Assembly: GCA_016721825.1 (NCBI GenBank)
Contig: JADKHI010000001.1
Span: 769,084-833,083 of the forward strand
Reading direction: 5' to 3'
DNA: 64,000 nt
Source: Flavobacteriales bacterium
GTDB taxonomy: Bacteria > Bacteroidota > Bacteroidia > Flavobacteriales_F > PHOS-HE28
Both the position numbers and the translations under genes were made by a program. The notes under the pieces were generated by a model. That model was not told where the DNA came from, searched no databases, and saw only the letters and a list, made by a program, of their open reading frames with translations. The stretch's first letter is position 1. Every line of letters starts with the position of its first letter. This document shows, one piece after another, positions 27,983 through 40,095 of the stretch.

Positions 27983-30451
27983 ATGAAGAATTTCCTGTCT
28001 GCTGGGGCAATCTGCCTCTGTTCAACAGTTGTGTGCGGTCAATTCGCAGATGAGCGCATCATCGCCCCGTTGGAACGGGTGGGCGATCGGTTGGCGGGCG
28101 ATGTGGATGGCGACGGCTTGAACGACTTGGTGATCTGCGGCAACGAAGGGCCCATCTTCCTCTACCGTGGTGCCGGCAATGGCGCCTTCCTTCCACCCGA
28201 GACCATCGGACTTCACGGGTACTACGCGGAGGAACAGAGCGGCCTCGTGGACGTGGATGGCGACCTGGACCTGGACGTGCTCTATCACGATGGGTTTGAT
28301 GCCATGCGCCTGCTGCGCAACGACGGATCCGGAGGCTTCGCGCCAGCGGAAGATCTCTTCCTTCTGTACTCGTTCGTAAATGATGCCATGGAACTCGCCG
28401 ACCTGGACGGCGATGCTGATGTGGACATCATATTCTCGATCGACTCGAACAACGATGACCGGATCGTTTGGTACGCGAATGATGGCTCCGGCGCGTTCAC
28501 CTCCATGGGCACAGTGGCATTGTCAACCAACGGATGTCGTTGGGTCCGGTCCGCCGATCTGGATGGTGATGGAGATGTTGACCTGATCAGCAGCCGCGCC
28601 TCGGATGGCAAGATCCTGCGCTACGACAACAATGGGAGCGGCTCGTTCTCCGCTGCCACCCTGTTGACGAGCGGCGCATTGAACGACGTTGAGCGTTGCC
28701 GTACAGCGGACCTGAACATGGACGGGCGCGAAGACATCTGTTTCAATGATGGTAGCGACCACGTCCGTCTCGTGCTCTCTGACACCAGAGGCTTCCAAGC
28801 ACCCGTGCTGCTCTACTCGCGGCAGGGCATCCCTCCCATCGGCGACATTCGACTCGCCGACATGGATGCCAATGGAACCACGGACGTGGTCTTTGGCGGT
28901 GGAGCGCTGATCGGCTACTTCAACAACCCGGGCAATGCTTCTTTCTCGATCATCCCGGACACCCTTGTCCGTTTCCCACGCTCCAGCGCCGGCACATCAT
29001 TCATCACATCGGACCTGAACAACAATGGCGTGCAGGACATCGTGCTGCGGGCGAACAATACGCTGGTGTATTTCCAGGACCAAGCTGGCGCCCCCATGCA
29101 GGGCCTTGAAGTGGTCTCACGCGGCATGAACGAAACGAACCTGCTGATGGCGGATATCGATCTGGATGGGGATCCTGATGCGCTGGCCGTTGAGAGCTAC
29201 CTGAGCGATGCAGGAGGTTCGATCATCCTTGCAGCGTTCAATGATGGCACCGGCATTTTCACTCGACCAGATACCCTTGTGGACCATGACCTTGACCTGG
29301 GATGGGTCCGCCCACCATGGCAGGTGCACGACATGGACGATGACGGGGACCCGGATATCCTGTTCATGGATGTCCGCGATGATGCGACGAGCAATTTGAA
29401 CTGGCTCGTGAACAACGGGACCGGCTATTACGACAGTCTGGTGGTACTGCTTGAAGGCCCCGAGGCCTTCGAACTCACTGACCTGGATATGGATGGTCAG
29501 GAGGATCTGATCGCGATCAGCACGTCGACCGGCTCCGAAACAGGCTGGTACCGCGGCTTGGGGGCCGGGGCCTTCTCCAACTTCAACAGCCTGGGTGTGG
29601 GTCTGTTCGGGAATGATGTGACCACCGCTGATCCGGACAACGACGGAGACCTGGATATCATGACCACCAGCGGAAGCGGCCAATTCGTAGTAGTGCGCAT
29701 CCACGAGAACCAAGGTGGCGGTGTCTTCAGCCTGCTCCCGGGGTTGTTCACCACGAACTATGGCGATGAACTGCATCTTGTGGACCTGGACGGTGACGCC
29801 CTCTCCGATGTGCTCGTCACCACCATTTTCGACAACGGGATCACTTGGTTCAAGAACATGGGCGGACTACAGTTCCAATTCGAAGCGAACATCCTTAACG
29901 CGAATGACCTGGACCCCGTCCTAACGGACATGGATGCTGACGGTGACACCGACATACTTTTCACCATGGCCGCCTCACAGGGCATCCACTGGATCCAGAA
30001 CCTGGGTGCTGGAAATTTCGCCACGGCCACGGAAGTCGTGGCCGTGCATGGCATACCCTCCGGGGTGAGCATCGTGGATGTTGACGGCAACGGGCTGCTG
30101 GACCTGGCTTACAGCCTTCTGCCCGACTCCACCAGTGGTGCCTTTGCGTACACCCAAGGTTGGATCGGGGGCACCGGAATTGTCCTTTCGGCAACGGCCA
30201 TTGCGCCGAACGAGGCGACGATCTATCCGCTCCCACTGGCACAAAGCGCCACGATACAACTAAAGGTGCCTTTGGGCTCGAACGAGCAACTCGTCGTGAC
30301 CGATGGCACAGGCCGCGTTGTACGAATACTGCATGGAGCAGGATCGGACCGGATCGTTCTGGAACGAGGTGATCTGGTGGCCGGCGTTTACCTTATTCAC
30401 AAGCGTTCGGCGAAAGACGAAGTGTGCGTTGGGCGTGTCGTGGTGGAATAA
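27983..30451 (+). CDS. FG-GAP/VCBS-repeat (integrin-alpha-like) protein with T9SS C-terminal sorting domain
   Basis: Signal peptide MKNFLSAGAICLCSTVVCGQ. More than ten DxDGDG(x)D repeats (DVDGDGLNDLVI, DLDGDADVDII, DLDGDGDVDLI, DIDLDGDPDAL...). CTD IYPLPLAQSATIQL...AGVYLIHKRSAKDEVCVGRVVVE. Confidence 0.75.
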   Translation: MKNFLSAGAICLCSTVVCGQFADERIIAPLERVGDRLAGDVDGDGLNDLVICGNEGPIFLYRGAGNGAFLPPETIGLHGYYAEEQSGLVDVDGDLDLDVLYHDGFDAMRLLRNDGSGGFAPAEDLFLLYSFVNDAMELADLDGDADVDIIFSIDSNNDDRIVWYANDGSGAFTSMGTVALSTNGCRWVRSADLDGDGDVDLISSRASDGKILRYDNNGSGSFSAATLLTSGALNDVERCRTADLNMDGREDICFNDGSDHVRLVLSDTRGFQAPVLLYSRQGIPPIGDIRLADMDANGTTDVVFGGGALIGYFNNPGNASFSIIPDTLVRFPRSSAGTSFITSDLNNNGVQDIVLRANNTLVYFQDQAGAPMQGLEVVSRGMNETNLLMADIDLDGDPDALAVESYLSDAGGSIILAAFNDGTGIFTRPDTLVDHDLDLGWVRPPWQVHDMDDDGDPDILFMDVRDDATSNLNWLVNNGTGYYDSLVVLLEGPEAFELTDLDMDGQEDLIAISTSTGSETGWYRGLGAGAFSNFNSLGVGLFGNDVTTADPDNDGDLDIMTTSGSGQFVVVRIHENQGGGVFSLLPGLFTTNYGDELHLVDLDGDALSDVLVTTIFDNGITWFKNMGGLQFQFEANILNANDLDPVLTDMDADGDTDILFTMAASQGIHWIQNLGAGNFATATEVVAVHGIPSGVSIVDVDGNGLLDLAYSLLPDSTSGAFAYTQGWIGGTGIVLSATAIAPNEATIYPLPLAQSATIQLKVPLGSNEQLVVTDGTGRVVRILHGAGSDRIVLERGDLVAGVYLIHKRSAKDEVCVGRVVVE

Positions 30452-30602
30452 CGACCGACACGCACAGATCCGATCTGTCGCTCGCATGCCCGCCCAACGC
30501 ATGACCCCATTGATCAGTCAGGGCGATTCGTGCAGTGTAGTTGACTAGCGCTTCGCGAGCAGCGGACAGAGGGCGGTGGTTCAGAGGACGCCCTGCGGTG
30601 GT

Positions 30603-31730
30603 CTAGTGTTCACTTTCACTCGGCGGTTCATACGGTCCAAGATCGATCAACCCTTCCCGCGTCTCCTGGGGCAACGTGGTCCACTCCAAACCCTCCAGGA
30701 TGGTCATATTGCCGCTCATTCCGCGGTTCAGTATGAAGCCCATCGCATTCGATCGCATCTTGTAGACCGCCTTGGCCCTCTGTTGTTCCTTGGTGCATAA
30801 GCCCAACGCGGCCCTGCGGGCGTTAAGCGCCGCATCTACGTCCGGGCGACCCACGTAGCATCTTCCTTCGATCACCAGGATGCCCATCTCCTGCGCGAAA
30901 TCGATACCCTTCTGGAAGTCCCCGGAGCGGTCGTGGAGATAGGCGAAGACTTCCGGATGCAAGCTGCCTTGTTCAACGGCTTTCATGAGTTGATCGGACA
31001 CATCGGTGGCTTCTGCTGCGGTCCTCAGGCCGTTCGGGTTATCGGTCCCCGTGGTATCGTAGCTGTTGTAATTGTGCAGGAGGATGATCACCAAGGGCTC
31101 CGTTTCCCAGGAAGGGGCTTGAGGTCCCCAACGCACGCCGAGCCTTTGTTCGCTGGGATAGTCGGTATTCAACAGGGGTAGCAGCGCGCGCATGATCCGC
31201 ATATCCTCTCGGTAGATGGAATCACGGAGGAACGAGTATTCTGGATCGGCAAGCCGCATGGTCTGATCGATCGTGAAGAGCGAATCCACTTTCCCGCGCA
31301 CAGCATGATCCACGTTGCGTTCATTGATCATACGATCGGCGTCATAGCCGTTCAAGAACGGTTTGTAGTACGTGCTGTTCACGAAGCCCTTCAGGTTGGG
31401 GTTGTTCGCGAACACCTCGAGGGGGCAACCGAGCCGTGCGAGCCCATGCGCGTGCGCCTCAGCCACATCGTAGCGTTGCTCATGTGTGGCACACAGCAAT
31501 GCGTTGAACAGGTCTGTAGCAAAGGGCTGCTGCTTGCTATGGAAGGCTTCGATGTAGTGATCGCTGGCCGCAGCGAAGTCGTCGTTCACAATGCTCTCTT
31601 CGGCCTGGTTCACGGATGTGAGATAGGCCCGGAACTGGGGATCGTGCAGTTGTAACGATTGTCCATGAGTGGCTGCCATTGCAGCGGACCAGAACCCGAG
31701 ATACACGGCGAAAAGACGTAGGGTGGTCAT
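30603..31730 (-). CDS. secreted hypothetical protein
   Basis: 375 aa with signal peptide MTTLRLFAVYLGFWSAAMAATHGQ. No recognised domain. Confidence 0.45.
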   Translation of the reverse strand: MTTLRLFAVYLGFWSAAMAATHGQSLQLHDPQFRAYLTSVNQAEESIVNDDFAAASDHYIEAFHSKQQPFATDLFNALLCATHEQRYDVAEAHAHGLARLGCPLEVFANNPNLKGFVNSTYYKPFLNGYDADRMINERNVDHAVRGKVDSLFTIDQTMRLADPEYSFLRDSIYREDMRIMRALLPLLNTDYPSEQRLGVRWGPQAPSWETEPLVIILLHNYNSYDTTGTDNPNGLRTAAEATDVSDQLMKAVEQGSLHPEVFAYLHDRSGDFQKGIDFAQEMGILVIEGRCYVGRPDVDAALNARRAALGLCTKEQQRAKAVYKMRSNAMGFILNRGMSGNMTILEGLEWTTLPQETREGLIDLGPYEPPSESEH

Positions 31731-31905
31731 GCTTGTGTGTTAGGTTGTACACATGCTTAATGTCAAGCATCAGAATAGGTGACCCAGTATCTCGAAGATA
31801 CATACCTCCTCCTGTCCATTTTCATTTCGACCACCTCAACCCGGATGTGGTGTAGGAAGAGCACGGATCACAGACCCGCGATAGCGGGGGGCTGGTCTAA
31901 AGCCG

Positions 31906-32472
31906 CTACTTCTTTCCCTCCTCCTCACCCCCCATCATGCCCAGCTGCTCCATCATCTTCATTTCCTCCATGTAGCCCCAGTGCTCCACCACTTTCCCGT
32001 TCTCGAAGCGCAGCACATCCACGGTATGCACATCGATGGGCTTGTTGGTGGCGGGCATGCCTTCGCCCATGGAACCGGTGTTCACGCCCTTCCAGCGGTA
32101 ATGCGCCACCACGCGGTCGCCTTCCGCGATCAGGTGCAGGTCCTCCGTCTTGTTGTCCGTGAAGGCCGTCGAGGACATGGCGATCATGTCCTTCAGCTGC
32201 TGGATGCCTGTGGAGGTGACACCCGGCATGGGGATGTTCGACTTGAAATCCGCCGCCACGATCTCCTCGATGCCGTCCGTCTTCCCCGAGAACCACAGGT
32301 CGAGGAAGCGCTGGGTGGTCTGCTTCATCTGCTCCATCTCCGCCTGCTTCGCGCTGTCGGCCGTCATCTGAGCCTTGTGCTCAGCCGTCATCGTATCGTG
32401 CTCGGGGTTGGATCCGCCGCAGGAGCACAGGATCGCTACCACGGGCAGCGTGAACAGCAGTGAGTTCTTCAT
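31906..32472 (-). CDS. SnoaL-like (NTF2-fold, ester cyclase-like) lipoprotein
   Basis: Start at ATG 32472 gives a lipoprotein signal MKNSLLFTLPVVAILCSCGG. NTF2-like core (RFLDLWFSGKTDGIEEIVAADFKSN ... HYRWKGVNTG ... VDVLRFENGKVVEHWGY). Confidence 0.65.
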   Translation of the reverse strand: MKNSLLFTLPVVAILCSCGGSNPEHDTMTAEHKAQMTADSAKQAEMEQMKQTTQRFLDLWFSGKTDGIEEIVAADFKSNIPMPGVTSTGIQQLKDMIAMSSTAFTDNKTEDLHLIAEGDRVVAHYRWKGVNTGSMGEGMPATNKPIDVHTVDVLRFENGKVVEHWGYMEEMKMMEQLGMMGGEEEGKK

Positions 32473-32732
32473 GGCGTTTGGGGTTGGAAGTCGAAGGTAG
32501 GAATGGGTGGCAAGCCAGCAAAGGGGCGGCGGGGTTGGAAGAGTGTTCACGGATTGGAACAGCAGTGACCTCCAACTGGCCCAGCCTCTTGCTCCGCCGT
32601 GCCTACGGCAAGCACGCTTGTCCGCGGGTTCGGGGTGAGTTCACTATCTACCTATCTCGAACAATTGCTTTCTCAATGGAGGCCCTAGGTGATGCGTATC
32701 TTGGCTTTGACTGCTTCAGCAACCACCGATCC

Positions 32733-34406
32733 ATGAGGACACCCGGCTCAATCCTGCTCCTACTTGTTCTTCTATCTGGCATGCACACAACGCTTGCCCA
32801 AACTCCGGATTGGATGTGGGCGAAAAGTTCCGGATCCGTGAGCAACGACTACAGCAACGCCGTGTGCATTGATGCCGATGGCAACGTATACACTACGGGG
32901 ACCTTTCAAGGTGCCACGATCTCATTTGGATCATACGTCTTGCAGAACACAAGCGAGGGTTTCCTGGACTTCTTCATTGCGAAGTATGATCCTCAAGGGA
33001 ATGTGTTATGGGCTGTCAGTGATGGCGGAGCAAAGGACGACTATGCGTATGGTATCTGCGTGGACGTTGAAGGCAATGTCTTCATAACCGGTCACTTCAA
33101 CAGCCCATCGCTCACGATCGCGACCTCAACGCTGACCAACATTTCGACGTCCGTGAATGCCCCAGATATCTTCACAGGGAAGTATGACCCGAATGGTGTG
33201 GCGTTGTGGGCAAGAAGCGGCAATGCTGGAGCAACAAACGAGGCAGCCTTCACCTCCGGCATCGGATCGGATGCGTCCGGTAATGTCTATATCACAGGCT
33301 CATACGGATATGGCTCGGACATCAGCTTTGACGGCAACACGCTTCAGAGCTTTGGGTCATACGATATGTTCCTGGTCAAGTACGACACCGATGGCAATGT
33401 TCAATGGGCCAACCGGATGGGTGGTTCGAATAATGATGACGCTCGAGCCATCCATGTCGACACGAATGGCAACACCTACATCACTGGCTCGTTCATTAGC
33501 ACAGCCGATTTCGGAGGTGTCACGTTGGTCAGCACGAACCCCGCATATCAGGAGATATTCGTTGCCAAGTATGACAGCAGCGGCAATACTGTTTGGGCCA
33601 ACTACGCGCTTGTCCCTTATGCCGGGAACTACGCCTCAGGAACCGGCATCACATCTGACCCATCGGGGAGCGTGTATCTAACCGGCTACTTCCAATACTC
33701 CCTCAGCTTCGGGAACGACACGTTGAGCAATGCAGGTAACCGAGGACTCTTCCTCGCCAAGTACGATAGTGATGGGACCCCACTTTGGGGACGGAGCCCC
33801 GGTGGTACAGGCAACGACGTAGGTGCGGGGATGTGCACGGAACCCAACGGGAACGTACTGCTCACCGGATACTTCGAAAGTTCATTTCTCAACTTCGGTG
33901 GTTTTCCGGCCATCAATTCCAATGTCGGCTATAACGATGCCTTCGTAGCGCGATACGACCCGGATGGCACAGCACTTGGGGCAGTGAGCATAGGTGGCCC
34001 GGATCATGAGTATGCGATGGGGGTTGCGGCCGGCTCAGATGGAGGCATCTATTCCACAGGGTACTTTGCTAGCTACTCCCTCAACTTTTCAGGCACTGTG
34101 CTCACCAATACGGGAAGCCATGACACGTTCCTTGGGAAGTTGTCCAGTGATGCCTTGAACAGCGTTCGGGACGACACGGGAATCACTGATGTACAACTTT
34201 ACCCGAATCCTGCACAGGAACACATCAACGTCTTGTCTGAAGGGCGTACGGAGATCCGTGTCTATGATTTGGCCTCAAGAAAGATCCTGGAGCGGCATTT
34301 CACGAACCTGACGACGATCGATGTCAGTGCACTACCAGCGGGGCTCTACGTCTATGAGCTGATGCGGAAAGGAATTCTGACAAAAGGGAAGTTCATCCGG
34401 GAGTAG
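32733..34406 (+). CDS. SBBP/beta-propeller repeat protein with T9SS C-terminal sorting domain
   Basis: Signal peptide MRTPGSILLLLVLLSGMHTTLAQ. Repeated D(A/G)xGNVYxTG...F blocks of about 45-50 aa. CTD LYPNPAQEHINVLSEG...AGLYVYELMRKGILTKGKFIRE. Confidence 0.7.
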   Translation: MRTPGSILLLLVLLSGMHTTLAQTPDWMWAKSSGSVSNDYSNAVCIDADGNVYTTGTFQGATISFGSYVLQNTSEGFLDFFIAKYDPQGNVLWAVSDGGAKDDYAYGICVDVEGNVFITGHFNSPSLTIATSTLTNISTSVNAPDIFTGKYDPNGVALWARSGNAGATNEAAFTSGIGSDASGNVYITGSYGYGSDISFDGNTLQSFGSYDMFLVKYDTDGNVQWANRMGGSNNDDARAIHVDTNGNTYITGSFISTADFGGVTLVSTNPAYQEIFVAKYDSSGNTVWANYALVPYAGNYASGTGITSDPSGSVYLTGYFQYSLSFGNDTLSNAGNRGLFLAKYDSDGTPLWGRSPGGTGNDVGAGMCTEPNGNVLLTGYFESSFLNFGGFPAINSNVGYNDAFVARYDPDGTALGAVSIGGPDHEYAMGVAAGSDGGIYSTGYFASYSLNFSGTVLTNTGSHDTFLGKLSSDALNSVRDDTGITDVQLYPNPAQEHINVLSEGRTEIRVYDLASRKILERHFTNLTTIDVSALPAGLYVYELMRKGILTKGKFIRE

Positions 34407-34552
34407 GAAGCAGCGGAGCTCCTCACTGTTAGAGCTCGTCCTTGTCGCATGTGTTCCTGACAACGCCCCGGTGTTCGTTGATCTTTGGAAAGTCACAAGT
34501 GGCCCGAACGCTTGCTCCGCAGCGATCGGAACACTTGCGACAATGAGAGACG

Positions 34553-35197
34553 CTAAAGGTGCCGCAGCTTCTTCAGCTCGTCAAGGAGTTGAGCGGCGCT
34601 ACCCACCCGCATAGTGATCTGGTTATTCATGTTCTCTCTCAATGCGTCCGCATACGTGCAATGGAACATATGATCGATGTGGGTCTCATTCTCCTCGCGG
34701 TCATTGGATAGCTTGAAGTGCTCAAGATTCAGCTTGTAGAATGAATCAAGGATGGCTGCGGGCATCTTCTCCCGATGATAGTCTATTGAGTAAAACGCCT
34801 CGAATAACAAGCCGTACTTGGACTTGTCGTGCAGACATCGATACACCTCTTGCGGGGGAAGGCGCTTGATGAGGTCACTGTTGAACATTGGCATCTGATC
34901 AATCTGCTTTTTCTTCTCAGCATTGTACTGCTCAATACTGGAGCTCATTATCACCTTCCGCACCTGCTCATAATCTCTGATAAGCCTCTCAGTCTTTGGA
35001 ACCAGAACGTCCTTGACATTGTGTTCAATGGCCTTTCTGAACGCTCTTCTTTGCAAGCCCTCCTTGACCTCATCGTACATCGCTTTAAGGATGAGCGCAA
35101 TTGCGGCGCCGGCGAAGGCAATGAACAGTTTCTCAGCAAGCTCATGTGTCATAAGGCCAAGATATCCAAAGAGCACCCAGCATTCTTTTTCACCCAC
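34553..35197 (-). CDS. hypothetical protein with N-terminal TM helix, encoded in a lower-GC segment
   Basis: 214-aa ORF with non-repetitive, Lys/Glu-rich composition. Local GC is roughly 45-50% against about 61% in the flanks. No recognisable domain. Confidence 0.4.
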   Translation of the reverse strand: MGEKECWVLFGYLGLMTHELAEKLFIAFAGAAIALILKAMYDEVKEGLQRRAFRKAIEHNVKDVLVPKTERLIRDYEQVRKVIMSSSIEQYNAEKKKQIDQMPMFNSDLIKRLPPQEVYRCLHDKSKYGLLFEAFYSIDYHREKMPAAILDSFYKLNLEHFKLSNDREENETHIDHMFHCTYADALRENMNNQITMRVGSAAQLLDELKKLRHL

Positions 35198-35342
35198 GGC
35201 CCGAAGAGGGATACTCTGAGGGAGCAGAACTCAGTGCTTGGCTCGGCGTGAGCGATTGAAGCGGGTACGCCGCAGCGAGGAACGCGCGAGGAGTACGAGC
35301 TAAAAGCGCGACCCGAGGCTTTGCGAGGGGCACGCCCAAAGA

Positions 35343-35480
35343 ACCTACCTGCTCAAGTACATGCTCCGCTCCCCATACACCTGCCTGAAGAACGGATCCT
35401 TCAGGTCCTTGATAGTAGATGGCCTCACCGGTGCCATCTCGGGCCTGAGGCTCTTGTCCACATTGGAGAACTTGTCGGTG
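35343..35480. repeat. R3: near-identical copy of the carB 3' end (one mismatch over the last 70 bp, small indel further in)
   Basis: ORF 35345..35572 (-) ends ...STIKDLKDPFFRQVYGERSMYLSR*, identical to the carB C-terminus. Confidence 0.7.
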
Positions 35481-35481
35481 T

Positions 35482-36558
35482 TCATTCGCTGAGCTCTCGT
35501 TCGATCTCTTTCACGCTGGGCAGGGCGGCACGGAGACCCTTGGGCAAGGTAGCCACCAAGCGCGTACGCCATTCAGCCACGCCGATGGGCTTGGCCATGT
35601 CGCGCAGGGCGTACTCCACCACGAGCTTGTCGTTGTCTTTGCACAGGAGCAGACCGATCGAGGGCTTGTCGTCCGGGTGGCGTAGTTGCTCATCCACGGC
35701 GGTGAGGTAGAAGTTCATCTTGCCCGCATGTTCGGGCTCGAAGGCTTCCATCTTCAACTCCACCACCACATAGCAACGGAGCTTCAGGTGGTAGAACAGC
35801 AGATCGAGGAAGTAGTCCTTGCGGCCCACCTTCAGCGGCACTTGCCTACCCACGAAGGCGAAGCCCGATCCAAGCTCCAGCAACACCTTCTGGATGTGAC
35901 CGACCAGCGCCTGCTCCAGGTCGCGTTCACGTGCATCCGCAGCAATGTTGAGGAACTCGAAGGTGTACGGATCCTTCAAGGTCTGCTGCGCCAGGTCCGA
36001 GCGTTCGGCGGGAAGCGTGCGCTTGAAGTTGGTGAGCGCCTTCCCCTGCCGGCGGTGCGCGTGCGTGGCAACTTGCGCATCGAGCACGGTACGGCTCCAG
36101 CCATTGGCGATGGTGGCCTGCGCGTACCAGAGCCGGTGTTCGGACTTCTTCAGCTTGGTGAGCAGCAGCACGTTGTGCCCCCATGGCAATTGTCCAACAA
36201 GCTGTTGGACAATTGATCCATCTGGATAAGCCTCCGCGAAAGAGCGCATGTACAGAAGGTTCGAGCGAGAAAAACCGCCCATGCCGGGGAACTCGCGGTG
36301 AAGGTCCTTCGCCAGTCGTTCCACCACCTTGCTGCCCCAGCCTTCCTTGTCCTGGCGTTCGATGATCTCCTTTCCGATGTGCCAGTAGAGCAGGACCAGT
36401 TCATGATTGACCGCGAGCGCCGCTTTCAGTTGAGCCGCACGGATACGCGCCTTCACCGCCTCCAGCACCGCCGTGTAATTCTTCGGCAACACGGTCACGG
36501 AAGTCTTCTTCCGCTTCTTCACGGTCCGCAGTGCTGTGGATCTCTTCTTCACGGGCAT
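35482..36558 (-). CDS. YhcG-like PD-(D/E)XK nuclease domain protein (DUF1016 family)
   Basis: Start at ATG 36558 (MPVKKRSTALRTVKKRKK...). C-terminal PD-(D/E)XK core GRKDYFLDLLFYHLKLRCYVVVELK. N-terminal DUF1016_N-like helical domain (ELVLLYWHIGKEI...). Confidence 0.7.
   Translation of the reverse strand: MPVKKRSTALRTVKKRKKTSVTVLPKNYTAVLEAVKARIRAAQLKAALAVNHELVLLYWHIGKEIIERQDKEGWGSKVVERLAKDLHREFPGMGGFSRSNLLYMRSFAEAYPDGSIVQQLVGQLPWGHNVLLLTKLKKSEHRLWYAQATIANGWSRTVLDAQVATHAHRRQGKALTNFKRTLPAERSDLAQQTLKDPYTFEFLNIAADARERDLEQALVGHIQKVLLELGSGFAFVGRQVPLKVGRKDYFLDLLFYHLKLRCYVVVELKMEAFEPEHAGKMNFYLTAVDEQLRHPDDKPSIGLLLCKDNDKLVVEYALRDMAKPIGVAEWRTRLVATLPKGLRAALPSVKEIERELSE
36187..36215. repeat. 29-bp palindrome CAATTGTCCAACA-AGC-TGTTGGACAATTG, copy a, lying inside the nuclease coding sequence
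   Basis: Perfect 13-bp inverted arms. Encodes SIVQQLVGQLP within the nuclease. Confidence 0.8.
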
Positions 36559-36655
36559 GCAACCAAGATAACCGACGCACCGGAACCAACACTTCCGCGA
36601 AAGGCCGAAAGCGCTGCAACTCAATGCCCGCAGGACTTTCCGGACATCTGCCGAT

Positions 36656-36722
36656 CAATTGTCCAACAGGCTGTTGGACAATTGAGGAGATGGTTGAGCA
36701 ATTGTCCAACAAGCTGTTGGAC
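36656..36722. promoter_or_regulatory. two further copies of the 29-bp palindrome (b: 36656-36684, complete; c: 36699-36722, truncated right arm) about 100-165 bp upstream of the nuclease start and abutting repeat R2
   Basis: Copy b is CAATTGTCCAACAGGCTGTTGGACAATTG. Copy c is CAATTGTCCAACAAGCTGTTGGAC followed by GATCG. Confidence 0.5.
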
Positions 36723-36731
36723 GATCGAACA

Positions 36732-36826
36732 TACCTGCTAGTACATGCTCCGCTCCCTATACACCTCCCTGAAGAACGGATCCTTCAGGTCCTTGATGAA
36801 GTAGATCGCCTCGCCGGTGTTCTTCA
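36732..36826. repeat. R2: degenerate copy of the carB 3' end (about 95 bp, a few mismatches and a 3-nt deletion creating a premature stop)
   Basis: Would encode MKNTGEAIYFIKDLKDPFFREVYRERSMY*, against carB ...EMKSTGEAIYFIKDLKDPFFRQVYGERSMYLSR*. Confidence 0.7.
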
Positions 36827-36834
36827 TTGCCGGT

Positions 36835-37281
36835 TCATGGGAATACCTTCTGGGTCGTCATGAGCCACGATCGGCAAGCACTATCCATTCCATAGGTCAT
36901 ATCCAGGTACAATGTCAGCGAGCTAGACTCATCGCGCAGAGAACAACTCCATCCTACTTGCACCTTTGGATACACGCGGTTGATAGAATCAATCACCTGG
37001 ACGCTGCCCCAGTATTGCTCCTTGCCAAGCCCTTGCGCCGTGTCCTCGTACTGGATGATGTTCCTCATGTTCTCTTCGCAGAAAGACTCAATCGAGTCCC
37101 GGACCGCGTGAGGTTGAACGAGCACATGAAGTGAATCGTAGTCGGTGGCCCCATTCCACAAAGCGGGATGTTCATTGACCCAAGCTTCAACTTCCTTTTC
37201 ACCCGGTTTCGGTTGGCAACAAGACAGGAGCATGCTCGCAAGGAGCATGACCAGCAATTTCAACCTGAAAGCGTAGATCAA
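36835..37281 (-). CDS. hypothetical lipoprotein
   Basis: N-terminal MLLASMLLSCCQ lipobox. 148-aa ORF located between carB 3'-end copies R1 and R2. Confidence 0.4.
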   Translation of the reverse strand: MIYAFRLKLLVMLLASMLLSCCQPKPGEKEVEAWVNEHPALWNGATDYDSLHVLVQPHAVRDSIESFCEENMRNIIQYEDTAQGLGKEQYWGSVQVIDSINRVYPKVQVGWSCSLRDESSSLTLYLDMTYGMDSACRSWLMTTQKVFP

Positions 37282-37283
37282 AA

Positions 37284-40095
<2,812 letters not shown>

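Larger units (their letters stand above)
34410..37283 (-). mobile_element. putative tandem integrated elements or remnant island inserted at the 3' end of carB, with no integrase present
   Basis: Three direct copies of the carB terminus delimit two segments: lipoprotein gene, then palindromes plus YhcG-like nuclease gene. Beyond them lies a lower-GC segment with an orphan TM-protein gene. Confidence 0.35.

Noticed and set aside
35345-35572. ORF 35345..35572 (-) ending in ...DLKDPFFRQVYGERSMYLSR, as a possible real carB-derived gene.
   Set aside because: Its last 45 or so codons are simply repeat R3 (the duplicated carB terminus), and its 5' part overlaps the nuclease gene's 3' end out of frame. 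It is treated as a repeat, not a CDS.
36401-36712. ORF 36401..36712 (-) overlapping the nuclease gene start, which contains the palindrome-encoded SIVQQPVGQLIG peptide.
   Set aside because: The similarity to the nuclease is limited to the 29-bp palindrome. The rest overlaps the bona fide nuclease N-terminus out of frame.
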